Shown: positions 1 through 12,738 of the stretch, one piece after another
Numbering within the stretch: position 1 is the stretch's first letter
Layout: each line of letters starts with the position of its first letter
Assembly: GCA_963782525.1 (NCBI GenBank)
Contig: CAWAKC010000005.1
Location: forward strand, 1-64,000
From: Candidatus Bathyarchaeota archaeon
GTDB lineage: Archaea > Thermoproteota > Bathyarchaeia > Bathyarchaeales > Bathycorpusculaceae
Direction of reading: 5' to 3'
DNA: 64,000 bases
Translations under genes and position numbers: made by a program
Notes under the pieces: model-generated
What the model saw: the letters and a program-made list of their open reading frames with translations, nothing else
Told to the model about the DNA's origin: nothing
The model's database searches: none

Positions 1-28
1 GCGCGGGATGTTAGATTTACACCCACGC
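1..28 (-). repeat. Degenerate direct copy of the 3' end of tRNA-Ser(GCT), putative att remnant
   Basis: gcgcgggatgt-tagatttac-acccacgc matches 2191-2218 gcgcgggatgt-gggaattga-acccacgc; may extend beyond the window start. Confidence 0.65.
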
Positions 29-117
29 TTAAATTCCACACGAAAAAACTCGTGGATTAACGGAGTTTGGTGGACCAGCCGGATTGCATAATAAAAGGGT
101 TTAAAACCAGACCCAAA

Positions 118-303
118 TTAGGCTGATCCATACAGCCTTTTGTTTAGATAGCCAATAACTATTCCAAGAGCAAGAATCCTTGGAATGTTCATTAGTGTGT
201 CGACCAGAAGGTAGACATAGGCATTGCTTGGATTGCCTAAAGTTGAAAGTACTTCGATAACGACTAAGGCAACAAAGCTAAGGATCAAGGTTAAGCTTAA
301 CAA
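118..303 (-). pseudogene. Possible C-terminal fragment of a membrane protein
   Basis: Two hydrophobic stretches; overlaps the 3' end of the ADH gene; no convincing start. Confidence 0.3.
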
Positions 304-1258
304 TTATGACAACTTTTCCTTTGACAAGTCCTTCACCAAGATACTGAAGCGCTTCAGGAACCTCAATTAACGAATACCGTTTATCAATAAATGGAACGAT
401 TTTGCCGGCTTCACAAAGCTCCGTTATATGAACCAAATCTTTTAGATTTGGTTGAACCGCCAGGATTCGTATTTTCTTGCCTGATGTTCTTCTAATCCAT
501 GGTCCCAGGAGCAAAATCTGGAAAAGTCTAGCTGCAGAACCTCCGACAGCAAAATAGCTTCCATTAGGCCTTAGCGCCCGCTTATAGGCGAAAACCGAAC
601 GATTCGCAATAACATCAAGTATCAGATCATACTGCTGTCCATTTTTGGTAAAGTCTTCCTTAGCGTAATCAATGACATGGTCAGCACCAAGCGAACGCAT
701 AAAATCCAGCTTGCCGGCGTTATCCACTCCAGTCACCTCAGCCCCGTATAACTTGGCAAGCTGCACTGCAAACATACCAGCACCGCCGCCAGCACCATTA
801 ATCAAAACCTTTTGCCCCGGCTGGACTTGTCCTTTATCTCGAATCCCCTGCAAAGCGATCACAGCACCTTGTGGAATTGTCGCTGCCTCCTCGAATGTCA
901 TACTGGTTGGTTTCAGCTCCAAGGTTTCTTCAAGAGCGCAGACATACTCAGCAAAACCACCCATACGAAACGAAGTGTCTCCGAAGACCTCATCCCCTAG
1001 TTGAAATCGACTTACGTTTCTGCCAATCATTTCAACGCGCCCAGCTATGTCCGATCCAAGTATTTTGCGCCGCGGTCTTAGAATACCCCCGAACCGCGCA
1101 AATAACGGTGTACCTGTCAATCCCTCCCAGTCAGATCTATTAACGGATACCGCCTGGACCTTAATCAGTACTTCATTGTCCTCGGGAAGAGGTCTCTCTA
1201 CCTCTTTGAGTTGAAGAACATCAGAAGAACCGTATTTTGTGTGGACAATCGCTTTCAT
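278..1258 (-). CDS. NAD(P)-dependent alcohol dehydrogenase/quinone oxidoreductase (MDR family)
   Basis: MKAIV...YGS.DVLQL start, GSDIAG, VLINGAGGGAG, GKVVI end; start taken at MKAIV. Confidence 0.92.
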   Translation of the reverse strand: MKAIVHTKYGSSDVLQLKEVERPLPEDNEVLIKVQAVSVNRSDWEGLTGTPLFARFGGILRPRRKILGSDIAGRVEMIGRNVSRFQLGDEVFGDTSFRMGGFAEYVCALEETLELKPTSMTFEEAATIPQGAVIALQGIRDKGQVQPGQKVLINGAGGGAGMFAVQLAKLYGAEVTGVDNAGKLDFMRSLGADHVIDYAKEDFTKNGQQYDLILDVIANRSVFAYKRALRPNGSYFAVGGSAARLFQILLLGPWIRRTSGKKIRILAVQPNLKDLVHITELCEAGKIVPFIDKRYSLIEVPEALQYLGEGLVKGKVVIIVKLNLDP

Positions 1259-1465
1259 TTGATATTCAGGAATAATTACTCTTAAGGATAATAGCATTTT
1301 GCCTTAAAAGTAAAACAGAAATTTTTTCGCACGCGTAAGTAAAAGCAGTTACTTCACATTTTCTGGGAAGAGTCTCTTTCCTTTCTCAGAATATTCGAAC
1401 ACAAGTCTTAAATCCAAATCCACAGATAACCCCCTAAAATGTCAATATGGGAGAGAGATAAGTCT

Positions 1466-1867
1466 ATGTTAGAAGATGTGAAAATAAATGTGAAGATAAA
1501 GCTTTCAGCATTATGGGTAGCTTTAATGTTTTTTTATTTATATAACGATGTTTTCGGATTCTATAGGCAAGATATAGTAGAGAAAGTACTATCAGGAGAA
1601 AAAGCGCTTAATCAAGTATTTTTGGTTGGAGCTGCAATATTAATGGCGATTCCGATTTTTATGATTTTCTTGTCCCTGGCATTGCCGGCTAAAGTGAATC
1701 GCCGGGTAAACATCATTGTAGGTATAGTCTATGCTGGTATTTTGGTCCCTGCACTGCTTGCACCAGGAGAGACTTGGGCTTATTATCTATTTTATGAGAT
1801 TTTAGAAGTTGTGTTTATTGCACTAATTGTTTGGCATGCATGGAAGTGGCCTAAACAGGAAGGTTAG
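1466..1867 (+). CDS. Four-TM membrane protein (DUF6326-like)
   Basis: KIKLSALWVALMFFYLY.D...AWKWP pattern; alternative start at 1439. Confidence 0.75.
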   Translation: MLEDVKINVKIKLSALWVALMFFYLYNDVFGFYRQDIVEKVLSGEKALNQVFLVGAAILMAIPIFMIFLSLALPAKVNRRVNIIVGIVYAGILVPALLAPGETWAYYLFYEILEVVFIALIVWHAWKWPKQEG

Positions 1868-2188
1868 CCTTCTCCTTCTCTTTTCAGAATCAGGTGCGCT
1901 CTATTCCCATTTTCCACTGCTTTGCTTAAACTGCATCTGAACCACACGGCAATCCTAACGCCAAAGCGTTCTAGAGCCTTGTATCTCTTAGTTGCTGACC
2001 CCAATAAGAGGTACGGGACTGATCTCTTACGAATTTAGGGACAAACTTGCGGCTATTTCATTCCGCCAGTACCTCGCGTGGAATCTAAACGCTAGAACAA
2101 AAGGGGCAACCATCAAGATTTATGGACAAAAATTTAGCCCGATAAGCTGAAACAAACCAATTTTGAGGGTGAATTGAGAAAAGGAGCG

Positions 2189-2275
2189 TGGCGCGGGATG
2201 TGGGAATTGAACCCACGCGGCCTTTCGACCACAGACTTAGCAGGCCTGCCCCATACCAGGCTTGGGGAATCCCGC
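2189..2275 (-). tRNA. tRNA-Ser(GCT), long variable arm, encoded CCA
   Basis: Acceptor GCGGGAT/ATCCCGC, G discriminator plus CCA, anticodon arm CAGGC-CTGCTAA-GTCTG, T arm GTGGG-TTCAATT-CCCAC. Confidence 0.95.
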
Positions 2276-2528
2276 ACACGCTGGAAAGTATCTTCTAAGC
2301 CTGTTTCAGCCAAACCATTATACTGTATTTCAATTAAACCTTTCTGGAAATAAAAACTAGTGGCTTGACGCTCTTTGCATTAAGCATCACATTTGGCTGT
2401 GCGAAAACTTTCTGGTTTTCTCTGCTTTTCGTTTTTTGATGGAGAAGGTATCAACATGGTTTAAAAGGTTGACTTTGTTAAGTATTCTTTGCAGGGTTTT
2501 CCTGCGTTATGAATCGATTGGTGGTTGA

Positions 2529-2960
2529 ATGGGGATTAAGCTTTCAAAATCTGATATAGCGTTCATTAAGCAGTTACCAGTTTGCCGTCTTGCAACAGCG
2601 ACCGAGGAATGTGAGCCTGTTGTTAGGCCTGTTTGGGCTATTTTTGATGGGGCAAACATCTACTTTGCATCTGACCCAGACACCCCTAAACTGGAGCATA
2701 TCGAAGCAAACCCGCAGGTATCATTGGTTTTTGATGATTATGACGAAAAGAACTGGTCCACCATCAAAGGCATCCGCGTGCAGGGCGAAGCGGAAATTAT
2801 GTGGAACGGCAAAGAATACCGCTACGCGCACGATCTGCTCAAGGAAAAGTATCCTGAGTATGCTAGTCCTGAAGGCAGCTGGAAAGAAGGCGACGTACCA
2901 ATAATCAAGGTTACGCCGATATCTTACAATAAATGGTCTTCGGGGCAATGGAAAAAATAA
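2529..2960 (+). CDS. Pyridoxamine 5'-phosphate oxidase-like flavin/F420-binding protein
   Basis: CRLAT...P.VRPVW...K...I.ANPQVSLVFD...V.GEA split-barrel pattern. Confidence 0.85.
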   Translation: MGIKLSKSDIAFIKQLPVCRLATATEECEPVVRPVWAIFDGANIYFASDPDTPKLEHIEANPQVSLVFDDYDEKNWSTIKGIRVQGEAEIMWNGKEYRYAHDLLKEKYPEYASPEGSWKEGDVPIIKVTPISYNKWSSGQWKK

Positions 2961-2990
2961 ATCGCCCTAAACCACTTTAGCGCTTTTTTG

Positions 2991-3281
2991 TTAGGGAAGG
3001 ATTTGGTATAGCGCAAAGTAAGAAGTGTAGTATATTCCCACTAGCATGAACACGACTCCAAGAATCACTATCCATAATCCTCGGTTGCGGGTTGTACCGC
3101 AGTCAAGCCTGTAAACGTGTGCACCAAGCGCTATTGATGCGGCACCGAAAATTTCTGGAAGAATAAACAAGGCGATGACCGCACAGAAAATGCCTATGTA
3201 CGAATACAGTCCAGCGTTTTGTTTTGGCTGGGTATTATACGTCGGATAATTTGGGGTTTGATTGCTGCTTTTTAAAAACAA
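2991..3281 (-). CDS. Small membrane protein
   Basis: Hydrophobic helices; RBS-like ggtga upstream. Confidence 0.65.
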   Translation of the reverse strand: MFLKSSNQTPNYPTYNTQPKQNAGLYSYIGIFCAVIALFILPEIFGAASIALGAHVYRLDCGTTRNRGLWIVILGVVFMLVGIYYTSYFALYQILP

Positions 3282-3408
3282 GTTTTCACCATTATGCAGT
3301 GAATTATTTTTTGTATAATAACTTTCCGATGCTTGGACAAGAAGTAGCTTTTAAGTTTAAAGATGCCTAACCCCAAAATTTTATAGCTCAGGCAGCTTAA
3401 CGGGGATT

Positions 3409-4188
3409 GTGCAGAACATCGATCCCCTCTTTATAATTCAACCCGTCATCGTCATCATTGTAACCTCAGCTCTGATGGTATATTGGTACTTTAAACGGCA
3501 CTTTCACAAACAAGTTTGGCTTTACTCGCTGTTAGCCTACGGAGCTGCAATCGCCTTGAAGTATGCAGCGCAGATTCCAACAATCACCCCAGTAACAAAT
3601 ATGTTTGGAGCCCACAGTGTTGGATTGGGCATCTATTATGGCTTGCAAACGGTGGTTTTTGAGGTTGGCTTAGCTTTTGTAGTTGCCTGGTGGGCGGTTT
3701 CATACGGAAAACTCGCAAAGAAGGATGCTGAAGCTTATGGTTCTGGGCTGGCGTTTTGGGAAAACGCCGCTTTCCTAAGTGCGCTGTCCCTGGTCAATCT
3801 GGTTTCCTATTACGTTATTCTGTCGAACAACAGCTCTCTTGCACAAACTCTCTACAACCAGCTGAATACTAATGCGCCTGGACTTTTTGCACCTGCTTCC
3901 GAGGCGTTGCGTTCGGTGGCTTTGGGCACTGTTGAGCGGGTTTCATCAATCATGATTCATTTTGCCTGGGGCTACCTCTGCATAATGGCTGCAGTCTACC
4001 GTAAAAAATGGTTGTTCCTAATCGCATTGCCCATGGGGTTTGTGGATTTTCTGGTTCCTTTTGCTCAGAACTCTTTAGTTGTGTTTGAGGCTGTAGTTTT
4101 TGCGTTGGCGGTAGTCTCTGTTGCAGTGGCGTGGTATGCGACAAGACAAGTAAGAAAAAACATTAAAAACCAACTACCCGTATCCTGA
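3409..4188 (+). CDS. YhfC/PrsW-like intramembrane glutamic protease family protein
   Basis: Multi-TM; VFE, G.GLAFWEN and ERVSSIMIH motifs. Confidence 0.7.
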   Translation: MQNIDPLFIIQPVIVIIVTSALMVYWYFKRHFHKQVWLYSLLAYGAAIALKYAAQIPTITPVTNMFGAHSVGLGIYYGLQTVVFEVGLAFVVAWWAVSYGKLAKKDAEAYGSGLAFWENAAFLSALSLVNLVSYYVILSNNSSLAQTLYNQLNTNAPGLFAPASEALRSVALGTVERVSSIMIHFAWGYLCIMAAVYRKKWLFLIALPMGFVDFLVPFAQNSLVVFEAVVFALAVVSVAVAWYATRQVRKNIKNQLPVS

Positions 4189-4268
4189 GTCAGCTGTCAG
4201 CCCCAATTTTTGGGTTATCGAAAAGCTTATCCCTAACTCGCTTAAAATAGATTCTGAGGGGTTAAGAG

Positions 4269-5060
4269 ATGGCACTAGTATCGGGCAGAAAATTAGGATT
4301 AATTTCAAGTTTACTATTCGTCATTTTGCCAATCGCTTCAATAGTGGTGTTCGCGGGGTTTTTTCTCTCATTAATCTCTGCTTTTCAAACCGGAACCATC
4401 ACCGGCGCGCTTCCCTCAGGAACTTTTGCGTTAATGTCTTTCGGAATATCAATCCTCGCCATAGCTGTTCTATCTATAATTGGGCTAATTCTACTCATTT
4501 TGGCAATGTATTACCTCTCAAAGTATTATAGTGAACCCGCCATCTTCAAAAACATAGTCTACGCCATAATCATAGCGATCGCCACCGGCGTCGGTGTCAC
4601 AGCGGCATATGTTGCCCTATTAATTCCAGTATCTCGAACCGTTACTCAAGTCGGCACAACCCCATCGCCTACACAACTTTTCGGGCAATTTCTAATAGGC
4701 ATCATAATAATCCTCTTTGCTACAGTCGTAATGGGGATAATCTCCTCAATACTAATCATGCGTGCCTTCAACAAGTTAGGCGAAAAATCAGGTGTAGACA
4801 GTTTCAAGACTGCAGGATTGCTCTATCTACTGGGTGTACTCCTATCCATAGTTGGCATCGGTGCAATATTGTCTTGGATAGCGTTCATTTTTGCAGCAAT
4901 CGGATTCTACAGGCTAAAACCAACCGCGGCTGCGCCAGCCGTAACTTACCCAATTGTATCTCCACCTGTGACGCTGCATGCTAAACGTTGCCCCTACTGC
5001 TCCACAGAAAACAAACTTGACGCAGCCTACTGCAGGTTCTGCGGCAAACCCCTACAGTAA
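4269..5060 (+). CDS. DUF996-like membrane protein with C-terminal zinc ribbon
   Basis: LSKYYSEPAIFKN and SGVDSFKTAGLLY motifs; CPYC...YCRFCG. Confidence 0.8.
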   Translation: MALVSGRKLGLISSLLFVILPIASIVVFAGFFLSLISAFQTGTITGALPSGTFALMSFGISILAIAVLSIIGLILLILAMYYLSKYYSEPAIFKNIVYAIIIAIATGVGVTAAYVALLIPVSRTVTQVGTTPSPTQLFGQFLIGIIIILFATVVMGIISSILIMRAFNKLGEKSGVDSFKTAGLLYLLGVLLSIVGIGAILSWIAFIFAAIGFYRLKPTAAAPAVTYPIVSPPVTLHAKRCPYCSTENKLDAAYCRFCGKPLQ

Positions 5061-5166
5061 ACCCCACTGACCACGCAAGCAAGAACTTTTTTAAGCTCCG
5101 AATTACAGTTTTACAAAAAATCTTATATCTCAGAGACTTCTCCTTTTAAATACAAGTTGTGATTAT

Positions 5167-6147
5167 ATGGCAGTCAAAATTTCTCCAGACTATATTGACC
5201 TTTTAAACAAGGCCGTCGAACGCGAAATTCAAGTTTCTCTCCAGTATATTCTCCAGCATGCAAAAATGGAGAAGTTGGTCCGTAGAACCATCCCTGAAAA
5301 CATACTTTTAGATAAAACAACATACGACGCGGTTGGAAAATTCCTAAAAGAAATCTCCATCCAAGAAATGAAACATGCCGCCTCGATAATTGAGCGCATC
5401 TACTACCTTGGGGGACAAGCATCAACCAAATCAGCTAAAGTCACCATTGGCGATAGTTTAAGCGAATTCGCTAAACTTGGCGTGAAAGCAGAGGAAGAGG
5501 CCTTAATGCTCTACCGTCAAATAATCGAGACCGCTGGCCAAATGGGTGATTGGGAAACACGTGAAGTCTTCGAAAAAATCTATGGCGAAGAAGAAGCGCA
5601 TCTCTTCAAATTCCAGGAATACACCAAGTTCCAAGACGAAAAAGATGAACTAAGTAAAGTGCCGCTGCCTGAATGGCGAAAAATCTACACAAACGACTAT
5701 TTTGCACTCCTAAACAAAGCAGTCTCAGCTGAAATCACAGGAATTATCCAGTACACTAACCAGCATGAGAAAATGGCGTTCCTTGAACTCAGAATGAAAA
5801 ACACCGCGTTAGAAGCAATCACGGAAACCAACAAAGCCTCAGTCGTAAGCAAAATCCTCAAAGAAACCTTCATGCAGGAAATGGACCACCTAGAAAAAAT
5901 CAGCGAACGCATCTACCTCCTCGAAGGCGAAGCAACATGGAAACCAGACCCACTTCCAGTCGTCGGCAACACAGCTCAAGAATTCCTAGTCTTGGATCAC
6001 GCACTCGAAAGCAGCGCAATAATGCTCTACCGTCAAATCATCGCTGAAGCACTCAAACGCGGCGACACAACCACAAGACGCATGTTTGAAGACATCATCA
6101 TCCAAGAAGAAAACCACTTCTGGACCTTCGACGACTTCGTAAGATAA
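5167..6147 (+). CDS. Tandem two-domain ferritin-like (bacterioferritin-like) protein
   Basis: Two repeats of LNKAV.xEI...QY...EMxH...ERIY.L.G...E..A..LY...EExH. Confidence 0.88.
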   Translation: MAVKISPDYIDLLNKAVEREIQVSLQYILQHAKMEKLVRRTIPENILLDKTTYDAVGKFLKEISIQEMKHAASIIERIYYLGGQASTKSAKVTIGDSLSEFAKLGVKAEEEALMLYRQIIETAGQMGDWETREVFEKIYGEEEAHLFKFQEYTKFQDEKDELSKVPLPEWRKIYTNDYFALLNKAVSAEITGIIQYTNQHEKMAFLELRMKNTALEAITETNKASVVSKILKETFMQEMDHLEKISERIYLLEGEATWKPDPLPVVGNTAQEFLVLDHALESSAIMLYRQIIAEALKRGDTTTRRMFEDIIIQEENHFWTFDDFVR

Positions 6148-6312
6148 AAACCAAATTCCTTCCCTACTTTTTTAGGGCTTAATTTTCCTTTTCAACTATC
6201 TTTAAATATATTAGTGGGTTAAAAAACCGCCAACAAGGATCTACCCTCTTAAGATTTTGGGAAAACTTAAAATCTCTTTAACTCCACACAGTAGGTAGCA
6301 GAGGCGAAGTTG

Positions 6313-6450
6313 ATGCGTCAAGAAAATCAGCCTCGTTGCTTGAACTGCGGTAACTTTATCGATGATTGCAATTGCGTTTGCCCGTACTGCGGTGAAACCG
6401 CAAAATACACCTGCTGTATAGGACACGATAAAGTAACTGGTGGCGGATAG
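6313..6450 (+). CDS. 45-aa Cys-rich small protein (not in ORF track)
   Basis: MRQENQPRCLNCGNFIDDCNCVCPYCGETAKYTCCIGHDKVTGGG; gagg upstream; ends 35 nt before korA. Confidence 0.75.
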   Translation: MRQENQPRCLNCGNFIDDCNCVCPYCGETAKYTCCIGHDKVTGGG

Positions 6451-6485
6451 TTCAGCAAACAAAAAAATTTTCAGTGTGAGACAAA

Positions 6486-9369
<2,884 letters not shown>

Positions 9370-9468
9370 CGTCTCTTTTTTAGAAACGTGAAGAGCTTCT
9401 CCTTTCTCCTCAACACACATATCATTAGCTTAGCTTATAACCGCTATTTCAACAATCGACATATATCT

Positions 9469-9837
9469 TTAGGGCATTTCGGGTTCGTCATCAAAGTAGC
9501 AGGCTTCAGTAAACCGAGGAGTGCACACGCAGTAGAAAATCAGGTCTGTTTGGCCTGTGTTGGTTATTTTTTGCGATGCATCAGCGGGAATAACGATAAC
9601 ATCGCCAACACTTACCCTAGTTGGTTCTAAACCGCTAAAAGTTACCTTTCCCTCTCCAGCAGTTATAATGTAGATTTCTTGGATGCCTTTGAGATGGTGT
9701 GCTTTAGTTGTGACGCCTGGTTTTACTTTGGCGACCGCTATTGAGACATCTTTGTCGCTGTAGTTTTCGGCTATGTAGCAGCGTTCGGGGGTTAAATAGG
9801 GGTTTAGGGTGTTGGATTTTACGATTTTTGGTTGCAA
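9469..9837 (-). CDS. Cupin domain protein
   Basis: PG..T.AHH....EIY.I..GEG...GDVIVIP cupin motifs. Confidence 0.85.
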   Translation of the reverse strand: MQPKIVKSNTLNPYLTPERCYIAENYSDKDVSIAVAKVKPGVTTKAHHLKGIQEIYIITAGEGKVTFSGLEPTRVSVGDVIVIPADASQKITNTGQTDLIFYCVCTPRFTEACYFDDEPEMP

Positions 9838-10071
9838 TTTTTCACCGTTTTAACGTGTTTAGTGTAGTAAGATATAAGGTGACTGTTGTTTTTGGGGTTT
9901 TTTAATTATATTGCTTGCGCAAACCTTAACCAAAGATGAATTTGCTTGAAAACGAGGGTTTTTGGTGAAGAGGGGCTTGTTTTGGTTTTTTTTATTTTGT
10001 GTTTTTTGTTTAAACTTCATGGTCTTGCTGATGGGATTATCCGTTGTATTGTATGTTTAATGTGAAAATAC

Positions 10072-10128
10072 CTTATATATGCGCTAAATATAGTGTGTAG
10101 ATTAACTCGCTAACACTATACCTATATC
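10072..10128 (+). promoter_or_regulatory. TATA box followed by two NrdR-box-like sites
   Basis: cttatatat at 10072-10080; gcgctaaatatagtgt at 10081-10096; acactatacctatatc at 10113-10128; 32 bp start-to-start. Confidence 0.65.
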
Positions 10129-10150
10129 CCGGAATGAGTATGTATAAACT

Positions 10151-10600
10151 ATGAGATGCCCCTTCTGCAACTCCGAAAATTCAAAAACCCTTGAAACACG
10201 CGACTCCCCGGAGAACACCACACGCAGACGCAGAGAATGCATCAACTGCGGCAAACGCTACACCACCTACGAATACCTTGAAACCGTCGAACTCATGGTA
10301 AGAAAAAAAGACGGGGAACTCCAACGCTTCGACGTCAACAAAATAATACGCGGCTTACAGAAGGCGTGTGAAAAAAGACCGGTAGACATGAGCCAAATCA
10401 ATGAGTTAGCAGATAAAGTACGCCAAGACCTCATGCTAAAAGGCACTGAGGAAATTACATCTGGAGAAATTGGCGACTTAATCATGAAATACCTCAAAAA
10501 CGTGGACCGTATCGCATACATTCGGTTCGCTTCAGTTTACAAGCAATTTGAAGAGCCTGAAGATTTCAGGAAAGTACTCTTGGAAGTGAAAAAACAATGA
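10151..10600 (+). CDS. nrdR: Transcriptional repressor NrdR
   Basis: MRCPFC...RRRRECxxC zinc ribbon, ATP cone, AYIRFASVY. Confidence 0.97.
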   Translation: MRCPFCNSENSKTLETRDSPENTTRRRRECINCGKRYTTYEYLETVELMVRKKDGELQRFDVNKIIRGLQKACEKRPVDMSQINELADKVRQDLMLKGTEEITSGEIGDLIMKYLKNVDRIAYIRFASVYKQFEEPEDFRKVLLEVKKQ

Positions 10601-12723
10601 AGTTCGTACTAAAACGTGATAGTAAATTAGAACCCTTCGATCAAGAACGAATTACAGTTGCTATATGGAAAGCAGCCAAAGCAGTAGGCGGCAAAGACAA
10701 AGAACAAGCAAAACGTATCAGCGACGAAGTCGTAGTCCTACTAAACAATCAGTATAGTGACGACGGTGTCCCCACTGTTGAGGAAATCCAAGACCTCGTT
10801 GAAAAACGCTTAATTGAAAATGGCCATGCCTCAACGGCGAAAGCCTACATCCTCTACCGCAAACAACACACAGACATGCGTGAGTTAGCTTCGCTGCTTA
10901 GTTCTTCAGACATGGTAGACCAGTATCTTGAAGTTGAGGACTGGCGTGTAAAAGAAAACAGCAACATGAGCTATTCATTGCAAGGCTTAAACAATTATCT
11001 CTCTTCCACAGTCATTGCCAAATACTGGATAGCCCGCATTTATCCACAGAAAATTGCAGAAGCACACTTCTCGGGCGATATACACGTCCACGATTTAGGG
11101 GTACTGGGACCTTACTGTGTCGGCTGGGATGTAAGCGACCTGTTACTTTCAGGCTTCGGAGGCGTATCAGGTAAAATAGAGAGTAAGCCAGCAAAACACT
11201 TCCGTACAGCACTAGGCCAAGTCGTAAACTTCTTCTACACCTTGCAGGGAGAGGCGGCAGGTGCACAGGCATTTAGCAACTTTGACACCTACCTTGCCCC
11301 GTTCATACGCTATGACCACTTAAACCAGAAAGATGTGGAGCAGGCGCTGCAGGAATTCTTTTTCAACATGAACGTGCCCACTCGCGTCGGGTTCCAGACA
11401 CCGTTCACTAACCTGACATTGGATTTGACGGTTCCGGACTTCATGAAGAACGAAGCGGTTCTCTATAACGGCAAAATTACCCAAGATACCTACGGCGACA
11501 TGACTAAGGAGATGGAGATGTTCAACTTAGCCTTCGCTGAAGGTATGCGCCAAGGTGACTCAAAGGGCAGAGTCTTCACATTCCCAATTCCAACCTACAA
11601 CATCACCAAAGACTTTGACTGGGATTCGCCAGTTTCTCAGGCAATCTTTGAAGTCACCGCCAAATACGGTGTCCCATACTTCAGCAACTTCGTTAACAGC
11701 GACATGAAGCCTGAAGATGTCCGCAGTATGTGCTGCCGCTTACGCATCGACAACCGTGAACTTCGCAAGCGAGGCGGAGGCTTCTTCGGTGCCAACCCCT
11801 TAACAGGAAGCATAGGCGTCGTTACCCTAAACATTCCACGAATCGGCTACCTATCCAAAGACGAAGATGAATTCTTCGAACGCTTGGAGAAGTTGATGGA
11901 GACTGCTAAATCCAGCTTGGAGATTAAGCGTAAAGTGCTCGAAGCCTTTACCGACAACGGCTTATACCCGTATTCACGCCGCTACCTGCGCCATGTTAAA
12001 GAGGGCTATGACAAGTACTGGAAGAACCACTTCTCTACTATCGGCATAGTAGGCGTTAACGAAGCAATCATTAACCTGCTGGGAACCAACATCGCCTCCA
12101 AAGATGGACAAGCCTTCGCCCAAAAAATGCTTACGTTCATGCGTAACCGCTTAGCAGATTATCAAGAAGAAACAGGCTGCATCTACAACCTCGAAGCCAC
12201 TCCGGCAGAAGGCACCTCTTATCGGCTTGCACGCATAGACAAAAAACGTTACCGCGATATCATCTTCGCCAACCAAAAACAAATCGCTTCAAACCACGCT
12301 GAACCCTTCTACACCAACTCATCTCAGCTGCCAGTAGACTTTTCAGGCGACCTCTTCGATGCACTTGAGCACCAAGAAACTTTGCAGTCACTCTACACAG
12401 GCGGCACAGTGTTCCATATATTCCTTGGCGAACGCATGCAATCCTGGAAGTCTGCCGCAGAACTTATCAAGAAAGTCGCTTGGAACTCAAAGCTGCCCTA
12501 CTTCACCTTGACACCAACGTTTAGCATTTGCCCAACCCACGGTTACACAACCGGCGAACATAAACAATGCCCAGTCTGCGGAGCACCCAGCGAAGTCTAC
12601 TCACGAGTCGTCGGGTACCTGCGGCCAGTTGACCAATGGAACGATGGTAAACAAGCAGAATTTGATATACGCAAAACCTTCGACCGCTCAACCATCATAT
12701 CTTCAGCCCCACTAACAAGCTAA
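10597..12723 (+). CDS. nrdD: Anaerobic (class III) ribonucleoside-triphosphate reductase
   Basis: ATP cone, HDL...PYC, RSMCCRL, EATPAEG, YSRVVGYLRP glycyl-radical motif. Confidence 0.96.
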   Translation: MKFVLKRDSKLEPFDQERITVAIWKAAKAVGGKDKEQAKRISDEVVVLLNNQYSDDGVPTVEEIQDLVEKRLIENGHASTAKAYILYRKQHTDMRELASLLSSSDMVDQYLEVEDWRVKENSNMSYSLQGLNNYLSSTVIAKYWIARIYPQKIAEAHFSGDIHVHDLGVLGPYCVGWDVSDLLLSGFGGVSGKIESKPAKHFRTALGQVVNFFYTLQGEAAGAQAFSNFDTYLAPFIRYDHLNQKDVEQALQEFFFNMNVPTRVGFQTPFTNLTLDLTVPDFMKNEAVLYNGKITQDTYGDMTKEMEMFNLAFAEGMRQGDSKGRVFTFPIPTYNITKDFDWDSPVSQAIFEVTAKYGVPYFSNFVNSDMKPEDVRSMCCRLRIDNRELRKRGGGFFGANPLTGSIGVVTLNIPRIGYLSKDEDEFFERLEKLMETAKSSLEIKRKVLEAFTDNGLYPYSRRYLRHVKEGYDKYWKNHFSTIGIVGVNEAIINLLGTNIASKDGQAFAQKMLTFMRNRLADYQEETGCIYNLEATPAEGTSYRLARIDKKRYRDIIFANQKQIASNHAEPFYTNSSQLPVDFSGDLFDALEHQETLQSLYTGGTVFHIFLGERMQSWKSAAELIKKVAWNSKLPYFTLTPTFSICPTHGYTTGEHKQCPVCGAPSEVYSRVVGYLRPVDQWNDGKQAEFDIRKTFDRSTIISSAPLTS

Positions 12724-12738
12724 GGAGAAACATTTGAA

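Noticed and set aside
2189-2275. tRNA-Leu assignment based on the GCGGG start
   Set aside because: The only consistent anticodon arm gives GCT, and the discriminator is G.
2085-2279. 64-aa ORF
   Set aside because: Translation of the tRNA-Ser gene.
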